DNA of 64,000 nt from Squalus acanthias (lineage: Eukaryota). Position 1 is the stretch's first letter. Each line of letters begins with the position of its first letter. The stretch is from NCBI GenBank assembly GCA_030390025.1, contig CM059431.1, positions 124,808,001 through 124,872,000 on the forward strand, in the 5' to 3' direction. This document shows positions 11,490 through 22,643 of the stretch, in pieces. Position numbers and translations under genes: made by a program. The notes below the pieces were generated by a model. The model worked only from the letters and a program-made list of their open reading frames with translations, was not told the DNA's origin and searched no databases.

Positions 11490-12336
11490 CTCTTACCTCT
11501 TTAGTCGGCCATGGCTGTTTTTTTGACAAGTAGAGCGCTTGCCTTTCAGGGGTATAACTGGTTCTGTATCACAATGGCCCCTATTTTCTGATCGGAGGCT
11601 TTCTGCGTGCGGATGCCTCTGATCTGGAAAAAAATCTATGCCCTTACCTGAGGGCTCCGGAGGTCCCGACACTTCCGCTCCCGGGCCTCTCCATGACCAA
11701 ATGAGCAGAGGCCCAGGTATCCCAGGGGCGCATGTGGTTCGCAAGCGTCCCTGGGATCGCGTGGGCCATGGGGAACCAATGGAAGAAGGGAATCCCCCTT
11801 CACACTTTTGACAGGTCTCTCAGCATAGACCTGTCAAAAGTATGAATGGGGATCACTCAAAAAACACACTAAAACATTAAAAAAAAAAAAATTTAAATCA
11901 TGTTAATAAAATTAGTTAAAATTACATTAAATTAAATATTTTAAACAAAAATGTAATTTTTTGAAAAAAATAATTCAAGTTTTTTATGGGGCTAAAAATA
12001 AACTTACCTTTTTTAAAAGTATTTTAAAATTATAAATGAATGGGAAAAAAAATATTTTTTTACTTTTTTAAACTCTTGTGCTGGTAAAAGCAGGCCTTAC
12101 CAGGCGTAAGATTTTTAAAGGTTTTCAGCGGGCGGAGGTTCTACAGAAAGCGGAACTCTCCACCCGCAGAGGCCTTTCTCCAGGACAGGCGTGCGATCTA
12201 TCAAGAGGATTCTTGACAGATTGGAAGTGCCGGTTTTCAGCGCATGCGCTTCGCATGCCTGAAACCGGCACTTGCGAGGCCCCTACGGGTGTGTACACAG
12301 CTCGTACACACCCGTAGGGATAAGAAAATACGGGCC
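11490..12336. mobile_element. Hairpin-rich non-autonomous DNA element with a Harbinger-like right end
   Basis: Ends GAAAATACGGGCC (TIR-like); several internal inverted repeats; left TIR not found. Confidence 0.5.
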
Positions 12337-12347
12337 AATAATTTTTT

Positions 12348-12990
12348 TTTTAAATCTCCCACTGAACTTCTGTCGTTTTACCCATTAACAGATTTGCCCA
12401 GTTTACTGTGGACAGTCTCTGTCTCATCCCGTTGAAGTTGGCCTTACCTAAATCTAGAATCTTTGTAGCTGTTTCGCATTTCTCCCTTTCAAACACTACG
12501 TTGAACTCAATCATGTTATGATTGCTATTAGATAAATGTTCACGCACTGTTAGGCTGTTTACTAAATCTGGCTCATTACTCATTGTTAAATCTAATATGG
12601 CATGGCCCCTTGTTGCCTCTAGGACATATTGTTGCAGAAAACTGTCCCGAGCACACTCAAGAAATTCACTACCTTTCTGATAGGTGCTAGTCTGCTTATC
12701 CCAATCTATATGAAAGTTAAAATCCCCCATTAAAACCACTCTGCCTTTACAACATGCTTGTCTAATCTCTGCAGTTATACAATCTAGCACTTCATAGCTG
12801 CTACCAGGGGGCCTATACACAACTCTGGCTACAGTCGTAAATCCTTTGCTTTTTGTTAATTCTACCCATAACGTCTCCACTGCCTGCTTACCTCTCGTTA
12901 TATCCTCTCTTATCATTGTAATGATTGCATCCTTAATCACTGAGGCTACTCCTCCCCCTCTACCATTTTCCCTAACTTTCCTGTCAAACT
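12348..12990 (-). pseudogene. CR1 APE endonuclease fragment
   Basis: GRGGGVA, ETLWVEL, VYRPP, MGDFNF, AILDL in ORF 12350..13024. Confidence 0.9.
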
Positions 12991-13199
12991 TTGCATCGTG
13001 AAGTGTTTCATTGCAGATTCTCAAACCTAAGTTATTTAAGATTATAAACTAAAAAGTGGAAAGGATCATAATACTCAAATTGGATAGGTCTAACAAGTTT
13101 TCTTTTCTTACCAACGTAGCTGTATGATACATGTTCATGTAATCGCTGTTCTCTGTACAATATTTCGGACTTATCACTGTATCTCCTCTGAGCAATATT

Positions 13200-13960
13200 A
13201 ACTTCTACCTGTGTTTCTCTCCTTATAAGACAAGGTGGATAATAACCATGGATGACAACCTTGTAGTGGAGGAGAGCTACACAATTACTGGCCCCTTAAT
13301 TGCTTTGAGAAGGGACCACTTGGGGTACTTGGCACAAAGGCTAAAGAAGGGGTCAAAGATGGGGAAATTGTAGGATTCCCTAAGTTGAGGGCTAGTAGCA
13401 TTTTTATCAAGCTCTTCATTCTTACTCTAGCAACTTACTCACTCACTGCCATCAATACATACATTCAAGGACAAGAAGTGGTGCCAAAGTCTAATGGAAC
13501 TCATTTTGCATGTGATTCAACCATTGTAATACAAGGTTTTTTTTCTAGATATACAACATGGGCAATCTCATCAGCCTACTGTCCCAGCCCTCCTAAGCAC
13601 TTTGCCAGTGCAGGTAAGATACACCGAGCCTGGGGTGTTGATTCTTTTTATTGCCCTTGTAATGGTCCATCAGAAGGAAGGAAGGAAGGAAGGGAATAAG
13701 TGGGAGTTGAGATACAGCATTGGACAACCTGTGGTTTGATTATTTTATGAGACAGATGACTGTCCATGCATTGGGGGCCATGGTAGACTTGGTGTGCACC
13801 CATGGATTGACAGATGGGAATGATGTTCCTGATGGATGCCTGAAAGGAGCCTGACAAGTAAAAGTTGAAAGTAGTGGTTACCTTTGCTGCCAATGGCTGG
13901 AGGTCTGCTTGAAGCATGCAATACAACCCAATCTCAGCTTCCCTAATAAAGCACTACTTC
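13200..13960. mobile_element. Old Harbinger relic: Myb-gene exons (+) facing a transposase fragment (-)
   Basis: Minus ORF MLQADLQP..AKVTTTFNFYLSGSFQ resembles [16 protein letters not shown] at ~62395; plus exon after TTTCTCTCCTTATAAG reads DKVDNNH..SGG like Myb exon 2; clean AG/GT exon 13549-13613. Confidence 0.6.
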
Positions 13961-13989
13961 TTGATGCATTGATACTGCCAAAATGAGTT

Positions 13990-16412
13990 ATAGAATCATA
14001 GATACTATCCTCCTTACTGTTTACTATATTTCCAAGTTTCACGTCATCTGTAAACTTTGAAATTATGCTCTGTATATCTAAGTCCAGGTCATTAACATAT
14101 ATCAAAAAGAGCAGTGCTTCCAGCACTGACCCCTAGGGGACACCACTGCACATTTCTCTCCAGTCTGAAAAACAACCGTTCACTACTATTCTCTGCTTTT
14201 TGTCCCTTAGCTCATCTCGTATTCAGGCAGCCACTGCCCCTTTAATCCCATGGGCTTCAATTTTGCTGACAAGTCTATTATGTGATACATTATCAAATGC
14301 CTTTTGAAAGTCCATATACACAACATCAACCAAATTACTCTCATCAACCCACTCCATTACTTCATCAGAGAACTCAATCAAGTTAGTCAAACACGATTTG
14401 CCTTTAACAAATCTATGCTAGCTTTCATTTATTAACCCATATTTTTCCAAGTGCTAATTAATTTTGTCCTGGATTGTTCTCCATAAAAGTTTCCCCACCA
14501 CTGGCATTAGACTGACTGGCCTGTAGTTGCCAGGTTTATCCCTCTCCCCTTTTTTGACAGGTGTGTAACATTTGCAATCCTACAGTCCTTTAGTACCACT
14601 CTCATATCTAAAGAGGATTGGAAAATTTAGGACATAATCTCCACCCTTACTTCCCTCAGCAACCGAGGATGCATCCCATCTGGACCGGGTAACCTTTTTA
14701 CTTTGAGCGCTGTCAACCTTTTATGTACCTACTTTTTATCTATTTTGATCCTATCCAAATTCTCTATTACCTCCTCCTTTACTGTGACATTGGCAGCATC
14801 TTCTTCTTTAGTGAAGACAGGTGCAAAGTATTCATTTAGTACCTCAGCCATGCCCTCTGCCTCCACAAGAATATCTCCTTTTTGGTGTCTAATCAGCCCC
14901 AACCTTCCTTGACTACCCATTTACTATTTATATGTTTTTAAAAGACTTTAGGGTTCCCTTTTATGTTACCCACTAATCTATTCTCATGCACTCTCTTTGC
15001 CCCTCTTATTTCCTTTTTCAGTTTTCCCCTGTACATTCTGTATTCAGCTTGGTTCTCTACTGAATTGTAAACCCGACATTTATCATAACCTTCCTTTTTC
15101 TGTTTAGTTTTAATCATTATATCTTTAGTCATCCAGGAAGCTCTAGCTTTGTATGCCCTTCCTTTCCCCGACAACAACAACTTGCATTTATATAGAGCCT
15201 TTAACATAGTTAAAGTCTCCCTCCTGGGAATGAGTCTAGTCTGTACCTAAACTATCTTCTCTTTGAAGGCTTCCCATTGTTCATTTACTGTTTTGCCTGC
15301 CAATCTTTGATTCCAATCCACCTGGGCTAGATCCCTTTCGAACTCTAGTTGAGTATTTTCATATTTGATTTTTCCTCATCCTTTTCCATTACTACTCTAA
15401 ACTTAATGATATTGTGATCATGGTTTCCCAAGTGCTCTCCCACTGAAACATGCTCCACTTGCCTCACTTGATTCCCCAAAACTAGATCCAGCACTGCCTC
15501 CTTCCTTGCTGGACTGGAAACATGCTAATCAAGAAAGTTCTCTTGTACACAGTTCAAGAATTCATCCCCCTCTTTGCTCTTTACACTGTTACTATCCCAG
15601 TCTACACTAGGATAATTGAAGTCCCCGATATCACAACTCTAAAGTTCTTGCATCTTTCTGCAATTTGCCTGAAAAATTGCTCCTCTTTCACGTTCCTACT
15701 ATTTGGTGCCCTATAGTATACACCCAGCAGCATAATAGCTCCTCTATTGTTCCTTAATTCTAACCAAATAGATTCTGTCTTTGAACCCTCAAGTAAATCA
15801 TCCCTTTCTAGTGATGTAACAGTATCTTTGATCAATACTGCCACCCCTCCTTTTTTTCTTCCCTATCTTTGCTGAATACATTGTAGCCAGGAATATTAAG
15901 TACCCATTCCTCCTCTTGTTTAAGCCAGGTCTCTGTTATTGTCACTATAACATAATCTCATGTTGCTACTTATGCCTGCAGCTCCCCAACCTTATTTACC
16001 ATGCTCCGTGCATTTAAGCAGATGCAAGCTAAACTCATCTTAGCCTGCTCCCCTGTCTGATCCCTCCTATTTCTGAACAACTCTGTATTCTAATGCTGTT
16101 TGTCTCTCACAGTCCTCTGTGCACCTTGTATCTCCTCTCTAATGCTTCATCTTGTTGCCCCTCCCCCAGCCAAATTAATTTAAACCCTCCCCCACAGCAC
16201 TAGTTAACCTCCCTGCGAGGACATTGGTCTCAGCCCTGTTGAGGTGCAACCCATCCATCCTGTACAGGTCCCTCCTGCCCCAGAACTGGTTCCAACATCC
16301 CAGGAATCTGAAGCCCTCCCTACTGCACCATTTCTGCAGCCATACATTAACCTGTCTTATCATACTGCTCCTATACTCATTAGCATGTGGCACTGGGAGT
16401 AATCCAGAGATA
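13990..16412 (-). mobile_element. CR1 LINE with ORF1 C-terminus, APE and RT N-terminus
   Basis: ORFs 15602..15844 (ESIWLEL, GVYYR), 14938..15207 (NIKGNPKVF), 14729..14920, 13878..14126. Confidence 0.88.
16175..16410 (-). pseudogene. CR1 ORF1p SGNH/GDSL esterase-like domain, C-terminal part
   Basis: ISGLLPVP...NVWLQKWC..EGFRF...DGLHLN...LAGRL is typical of CR1 ORF1. Confidence 0.85.
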
Positions 16413-16734
16413 ATAATACACAGGTTATTATATTTTTGATGATGTATTAGTGAAGTGGCAAAATCTTGCAATATTACTATATCTATCAATATGTAAGCTG
16501 AAAAGTGACTAGAATTAAATTGTGAGGTGCAGAAAAATAATGCTTTTGAAAACTTACCACTAGTTGTCAAATCTATCTATTTTCACTTGAAATTTGAGAA
16601 TTATTTCAAAAACTCTTATTCTTTTTATCCTCCTTGTTAGCATCCTCTTCATAGCTCAATAAATCAAAAGTCCAGAATCATCTTTGTTGTCCTTCTCAGA
16701 ATCCTTTCTACTGTACTTTAGGTCTGGTTTTAAC

Positions 16735-17400
16735 CATGTTTTCCAGCATGTCAATATCAATTCCTTGTTGTCAAAGTGCTGATATAACTCTGTGCGACCA
16801 TCTTAAAATTTCATCTGTTTTCTCACACGACTTGGTGCCATCCGATAACTTAATTATTTTATTTTTAAGAATTTTGGATATTAATATTGTGAACAGCAGT
16901 GGTGCCAGGATTGACCTGCGGGACCTCCGCTGCTCACACTGCCTGATTAAAACTGTTATAATGAGTCTTTTGTTTCCTGTTTTTACCCAGTTTATTATGC
17001 AATTCACAACTCTGCTTTATTTAAATAGCTTTCACTTCAGCCACAGGTCTTCTCTGAGACACCTTAGAAACTGCCTTCTGAAAGTCAAGATGTACAATAT
17101 ACACCACATTAACACCAATTACCAATTCTGCTACATCCTCAAAAAATTTCTCTAATTTTGTTTGGCATAATGTGTCTTTCAAATAACCATGGTGTCTTAT
17201 CTTTACTCTCATTAAGTGCTTTTGAATTGCTTACTTTATAATAGATTGCAGTGCCTCTTCCACTATCGATGTCAAGCTGACAGGTCTATAGTTACCAGGA
17301 TCACGCTTTGACCTTTTTCAAAAATTGGAACAACATTAGTTACATTCCAATTTGCTCGCACTATTCATATATTTAATAAGCTTTGAAAAAAAATCAGCTG
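16735..17400 (-). mobile_element. Old degenerate CR1 RT fragment
   Basis: VVYIVHLDFQKAVSKV; ILAPLLFTILI; reverse complement of an NYRPVSLTS-type segment near 17270-17295. Confidence 0.7.
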
Positions 17401-17659
17401 CAGCACTCTATTTTCATTTCTTTAAAGTACTCTTGGAAAAATGCTATATAGTTCTATTCGCATATGGGCATTCAAACACTCCTATTTTTTGTTCCAATTC
17501 TCTCCCCTTTTCTTGCTTTCTCTTCCGAAGCTGATTGCTTAGGCTGAAATATGGTCTGGTACCTCACTCAAGTGCTCACCCTTTGCATGCAAGGCAGACT
17601 AATCAAATGCTTCTTGCGTTTTGTGTGGCTGCACTCATCCAGGCAAATGGTGAATATTC

Positions 17660-20080
17660 TGGTACACTCCTGACCTGAGCTTTAGATGGTGGAGAAGCTT
17701 TGGGAGGTGAGCAACTCATTACTAAATACCCAGCCTTGGCCCTGCCCTTGTAGCTAATGTGATGATATGGCTAGTGCAATTAAGCTTCTGGTTAATGGTG
17801 ATCCCTAGGATGTTGATAGCGAAGGGCTTGGTGATAATTGTGCCATAGAAGGTCAGGGGAGATGGCTGAGCTTTCTCTTGTTCAAAATGGTTATTGCATG
17901 GCATTTACGTGGTGTGGATGTTACCTGCTATTTGTCAGCCCAGGTTTGGATATTGTCCAACTCCTGCTGTAGGTTAGCATGGGCTGCTTCTTTATCAGAG
18001 GATTTGTAAATGCAGCTGAGCTCTGCAGAATCATCGGTGAACAACCCAATTCCTGACTTTACAATAGGGGAATGGTGTTTATGAATCAGCTGAAGATGGA
18101 TTGGCCAAGGACGCTTCCCTGAGGAACTCCTGCAGCAATATCCTGGAGTTACAATGATTTGCCAATGACAGGCATAACCATCTTCTTTTGTGTCAAGTAA
18201 GCCACTGTAAAATTTTCCTTTTGACCTCCATTGACCTCAGTTTTGCCATGGCAACTTGATGTTCCACTCACTCGAATGCTGCATTTATATCAAGGACAGC
18301 AACGTTCACCTGTAAAGTTTCGCAATTATCGCGATTCGAAATAACAAGAGAGAAGCAGATTCGTTTGATCAGTTTTATTAAACGAAATGCTGTCCTGATA
18401 ATAAAGGACACAGAAGACTGTAAAATGGCCGCCGCGCATCGTGGCAGAAGCTTCCAGAGATACAGTGGGCAGACAAGATGGCGTTGAATAAACATTCAAT
18501 ATAAGATTGGATCATACTCGATAAACACTGATAAAGACAGGATGCAACCCGTTTGCATTTGTGACAATAGCAAAGATATAAGTGCTGGAATCATTTTCCA
18601 TGCACAAGTAAGGACCATTGTACTGGGCAATCGAAGGCCCATCCAGACACATCAATACACAAATACCCCCACGGCTCTACAATGAGAGAGACATTGACGG
18701 GTGATTAAGCAAGTATTCGGGGGCCCCCAAAACCAGTCAGGGAGACGATTCATACGATCCTGGCTGGGTCAACAATGGGGAAAACATTAACGGATAGTTG
18801 GCCAGTTTCAGGTGCTACCGAAACCCGTTAAAGAGAAGAATCGCCCCATGCTGGGAGTTTTGAGCGCCAATATTACACAAAGGACAAACATTAAGATTTG
18901 AGCGGGAGATAAGGGAACACAGCACTATAACTATAGTGAACAAATGTCCATCGGTCTCTTGATTCGACTCTTATTCTCCCGGCTGGCTCTGATCCTCGGG
19001 TATTGCTCTGCTGGACGAGCAGCCCTCTGTGTTTCTCTGGACTTTGTTGACTCTTGACTCTTAGCCGTACTGGTCGGTTATTCGAATGTTGGGTGGAGCT
19101 CACTCGGAACGAGCCGACCCGAAAAGGGCAAGTAACCGGGTGCACCATCCCGAGTGTCGGTAAACGGTGTCTGGACCCGAAGGCCCGAAGAGACGAGACG
19201 AGACGAGAAGAAGAGGAGAAGAATCCACGTGCCGCCACGGTCAGGAAACCCCGACCGCGCCCGAAAATATAAATACAGAACTCATCTTTGAATTCTACGG
19301 GTTAATGCACGATCCGGTTTGAGTCCTGTCGAGTTCTTCATGACAACAGGGAGTCTGGCCTGCTTGTTGCAGCAGCGAAAATAAACAAGTTGGGTACAGA
19401 GACCCTTCCAAACACGTGACAGTCAGGCGCTGCAGCGAAACGAGCCGAGTGCCTCACTTTAAAATTCTCCGAAGTAACACGAGCGGTGAGCATGTTTCCC
19501 GATCCTACAAATCTAGACGTAGTGTAGGTATTGTTAAGGGAGGGTGGTTATTAAGGTTAAAGTATAATGTGTTCCCCTTTTTACGATGTGCCGTGCGTTC
19601 TTCATTTCCATAGACCAAGCTTTATGAATGTATGTATACTTGTACTCTCGTTAATTTGTGCCTATGACATGTACTTCATGATTTTGGACGCTATGCAATA
19701 AAGATTTCCATTTTGTACTATTCAACCGGGTCTATTTGAGTTTTCTCTGCATTACTGCTCCCTGCACCTAAGTCCAGTGTTAGAACCGTAAGGGCGAGTG
19801 GGTCGAACCACTCACAGGTGCTTATTGCAATAAGGCTGGCCGGAGACCAGAGCAAGCAATAGTATTAGGCAACGAAGGCCTAACCTCGCACCAGCACCGT
19901 CTGAGACACAGGCACAAACCCTTACACACCACTTCTTCCATATTCAACTCTTGTATCCACGATGGGATCAAGGTGGGAATAAGCTCTGGACATGACTGAT
20001 TCTTAAAGTAAGCATTGGTGAGCATGTTATTGATCGTCATATGCTGCTTGATGGTACCACTAATGACACCTGCCATCATG
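17660..20080 (-). mobile_element. Older, degenerate copy of the same LINE family as copies A/B (RT region), split by a solo LTR at 18311-19926
   Basis: CCCTGAGGAACTCCTGCAGC and AVLDINAAFE before the LTR; GVISGTIKQH...LTNAYF after it, contiguous in LINE coordinates. Confidence 0.8.
18311..19926 (+). mobile_element. Solo LTR, 1616 bp (ERV or Gypsy type)
   Basis: TGTAA...TTACA termini; perfect 4-bp TSD CACC (18307-18310 / 19927-19930); TATA-like ATATAAA ~19267; AATAAA ~19697; no internal genes. Confidence 0.88.
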
Positions 20081-20385
20081 TTGGAGGTGCCGTCTTTCAG
20101 ATGAGACGTTAAACTGAGGACCTGTCTGCTCTCTCAGGTGGACGTAAAAGATCCCTTGGCACGTATTTCGAAGAAGAGCAGGGGAGTTATCCCCGGTGTC
20201 CTGGCCAATATTTATCCCTCAACCAACATAACAAAAACAGATTATCTGGTCATTATCACATTGCTGTTTGTGGGGCCTTGCTGAGCACAAATTACAACAG
20301 TGACTCCACTTCAGAAGTACTTCATTGGCTGTAAAGCGCTTTGAGATGTCTGGTGGTCATGAAATGCGCTATATAAGTGTAAGTG
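20078..20385 (+). mobile_element. Deu-domain SINE, 5'-truncated
   Basis: GGTGGACGTAAAAGATCCC...GTCCTGGCCAATATTTATCCCTC...GCGCTATATAAG. Confidence 0.85.
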
Positions 20386-20507
20386 AGGAGACTGATAGTG
20401 TCATAATTGCCTGAGTTAGGTTTATCCTATTCTTTGTGGATATAGCAATAAAGGACAGAATGTATGGCTTCCAAATGGCAACCTAATTGCATATGCACAC
20501 GCTTATC

Positions 20508-21058
20508 CATAGAATCATAGAAGCTTACAGCACAGAAGGAGACCATTCAGACCATCGTGCCTGTGTTAGATCTTTGAAGAGCAGTCGTGTTTAGTCCCAC
20601 ATTCCCGCTTTTTGTCTGTAACCCTGTAATTTCCTCATCCTCAAGTTCCTGTTCAAAAACCTTTTAAAATATTTATGGAATCAGCTTCCACCACCTTTTC
20701 AGGTAAAGCATTCCAGATCCCGACAACTCTCTGCATGAAAAAATTCTCCTTATCTACTCTCTAGATCTTTTGCCAATTATTTTGAATCTATGACCTCTGG
20801 TTATTGACCCACTCACCAGAGGGAACAGTTTTTTCTCTATCTACGCTATCAAAACCTCTCATCATCTCGAAAACCTCTATCAGGTCACCTCTTAACCTTT
20901 TCTTTTCCAAGGAGAATGATCCTAACTTTTCCAACCTCTCCTCATAACTGAAGTCCCTCATCCCTGGAAACATCCTGGCAAACTCCTCTGTACCCTTTCT
21001 AAGGCCTTTCCATCTTTCCTGAAGTGTGGTTCCCAGAATTGTCCACAATACTCCAGCT
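20508..21058 (-). mobile_element. CR1 3' end
   Basis: CATAGAATCATAGAA tail (reverse complement of (ATTCTATG)n); SYEERLEKLG..LEKKRLRGDLIEV. Confidence 0.88.
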
Positions 21059-21059
21059 G

Positions 21060-21152
21060 AGGCAGGGGCCCCGACTCAAAACGTTGAGTCTGCTTCTCTC
21101 TCCTCGATGCTGCCTGACCTGCTGAGTGTTTCCAGCGTTTTCTGTTGTTATT
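21060..21152 (+). mobile_element. Degenerate Penelope pseudo-LTR fragment
   Basis: AAACGTT...GATGCTGCCTGACCTGCTGAG..TTCCAGCGTTTTCTGTTGTT, homologous to 22630-22706. Confidence 0.7.
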
Positions 21153-21434
21153 ATACAAACAAAGCTGATTGTAAAACTGAAATTAAGTGGTTAATGGGAA
21201 AATTGTTAAAAAGGAAAATAACAAATCTTTTGAAGGTACTACAAGCCAAGTTGACCATGCAAAAAACTCCTCATTAGCATTTAGAGGATGGTCCATTTAA
21301 AAGGAGGAACTGCATATACCAGAAACATTCAACCTGTATTTTTCTCTTTACAGATGCTGACTGACCTCCGGTTCAGCACTTTCTGGTCTTATGCTTTCTT
21401 TCCTCTCTGTTCTATTTGCTTACCCTTTCTTAGG

Positions 21435-21857
21435 TATCAGCCGTGGCTCAGATGTAGCACTCTCGCTTCTAGAGTCTTAAAGTTGGAGGTTCAAGTCCCA
21501 CTCCAGAGACTTGAGCGTAAAATCTAGGCTGACACATCAATGCAATACAGTCAGAGAGTGCTGACTCTTGGATGAGATGTTAAACCAAGGCGGACATAAA
21601 AGATCCCATAGCACTATTTCGAAGAAGAGCAGGTGAGTGTTCCTCAGTGTCCTGCCCAATATTTATCCCTCAACCAACATCAATACAACAGATTATCATG
21701 TTGTCGTCTGTGGTACTTGCTGTGTGCAAATTGGCTGCCATGTTTCTTACATTACAACAGTGACTACACTCCAAAAATACTTCAATGGCTGTAAAGCACT
21801 TTGAAATGTCCTGAAGTCATCAAAGATGCTATATAAATGCAAATCTTTCTTTTTTCT
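21435..21857 (+). mobile_element. Full-length tRNA-derived Deu-domain SINE (SacSINE1/AmnSINE-like)
   Basis: A box TGGCTCAGATG, B box GGTTCAAGTCC, conserved body, L2-type tail GCTATATAAATGCAAATCTTTC. Confidence 0.85.
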
Positions 21858-22461
21858 TCATCTATTCTTTTAATTATTTATTTTTACATTGATTCAAATT
21901 CAGATCCTAGGGATGAAAGGACAGTACTTTAATTCAATGTGTCACCCATCTCATATTTGTCCATATATTGAAATATTGAATCCCAATCACATTAACTTGT
22001 TTTATATTTACCCCCTGTCGATATCACTCTTGCCCAGAAGATTTTTCTGTGCCTTCATTTATACATTTTACCTTCCCCCAGCATCGTGATATTGACAGTT
22101 TCATCTTTCTTCACATTGTCTAATGTCCTAAATTTATTTGATTTTTTTCTCCTTCATTCATTTACCATGATTTATTTTTTTGACCTTTTGCTTTTCCTCC
22201 CATGATACTTAACAGCCTTCCAAAAATCTTTACTTTGATCACTACATAAATAACTATTACCTACTGGTGTAATATATTATACTTTCATTGATTTGATGAC
22301 AAATTTTTCTCCCTTGTTTTCCTAAAATAATCCGACTCACATTAAACTAATGGGGGGAGAAATTCGATAGCAAAATACTGCGGATGCTGGAAATCCAAAA
22401 TAACAACAGAAAATGCTGGAAAAACTCAGCAGGCCAGGCAGCATCCGTGGAGAGAGAAACA

Positions 22462-22500
22462 GAGTTAACGTTTCAGGTCGAAGACCTTTCGTCAGAACTG
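22462..22500 (-). ncRNA. Minimal type-I hammerhead ribozyme motif (Penelope)
   Basis: Sense CAGTT-CTGACGA-A-AGGTC TTC GACCT-GAAAC-GTT-AACT. Confidence 0.75.
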
Positions 22501-22604
22501 GTAAAAAGCAGGAAATGAAATAGATTTAAAGCAATGAAATAGATTTAAAGCAAGTACAACCTTGTTATACTTGCTTTAAATCTATTTCATTTCCTGCTTT
22601 TTTC

Positions 22605-22643
22605 CAGTTCTGACGAAAGGTCTTCGACCTGAAACGTTAACTC
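22605..22643 (+). ncRNA. Minimal type-I hammerhead ribozyme motif (Penelope)
   Basis: CTGACGA 22610-22616, stem II AGGTC/GACCT, GAAAC 22631-22635, GTT 22636-22638, stem I AGTT/AACT. Confidence 0.75.

Noticed and set aside
13549..13613. Host exon with strong splice sites
   Set aside because: Lies between a Myb exon-2-like relic and a convergent transposase relic; better explained as a Harbinger Myb exon
18891..19613. Short ORFs within the solo LTR (also 35895-36896)
   Set aside because: No gag/pol/env motifs and not conserved as proteins between the two related LTRs
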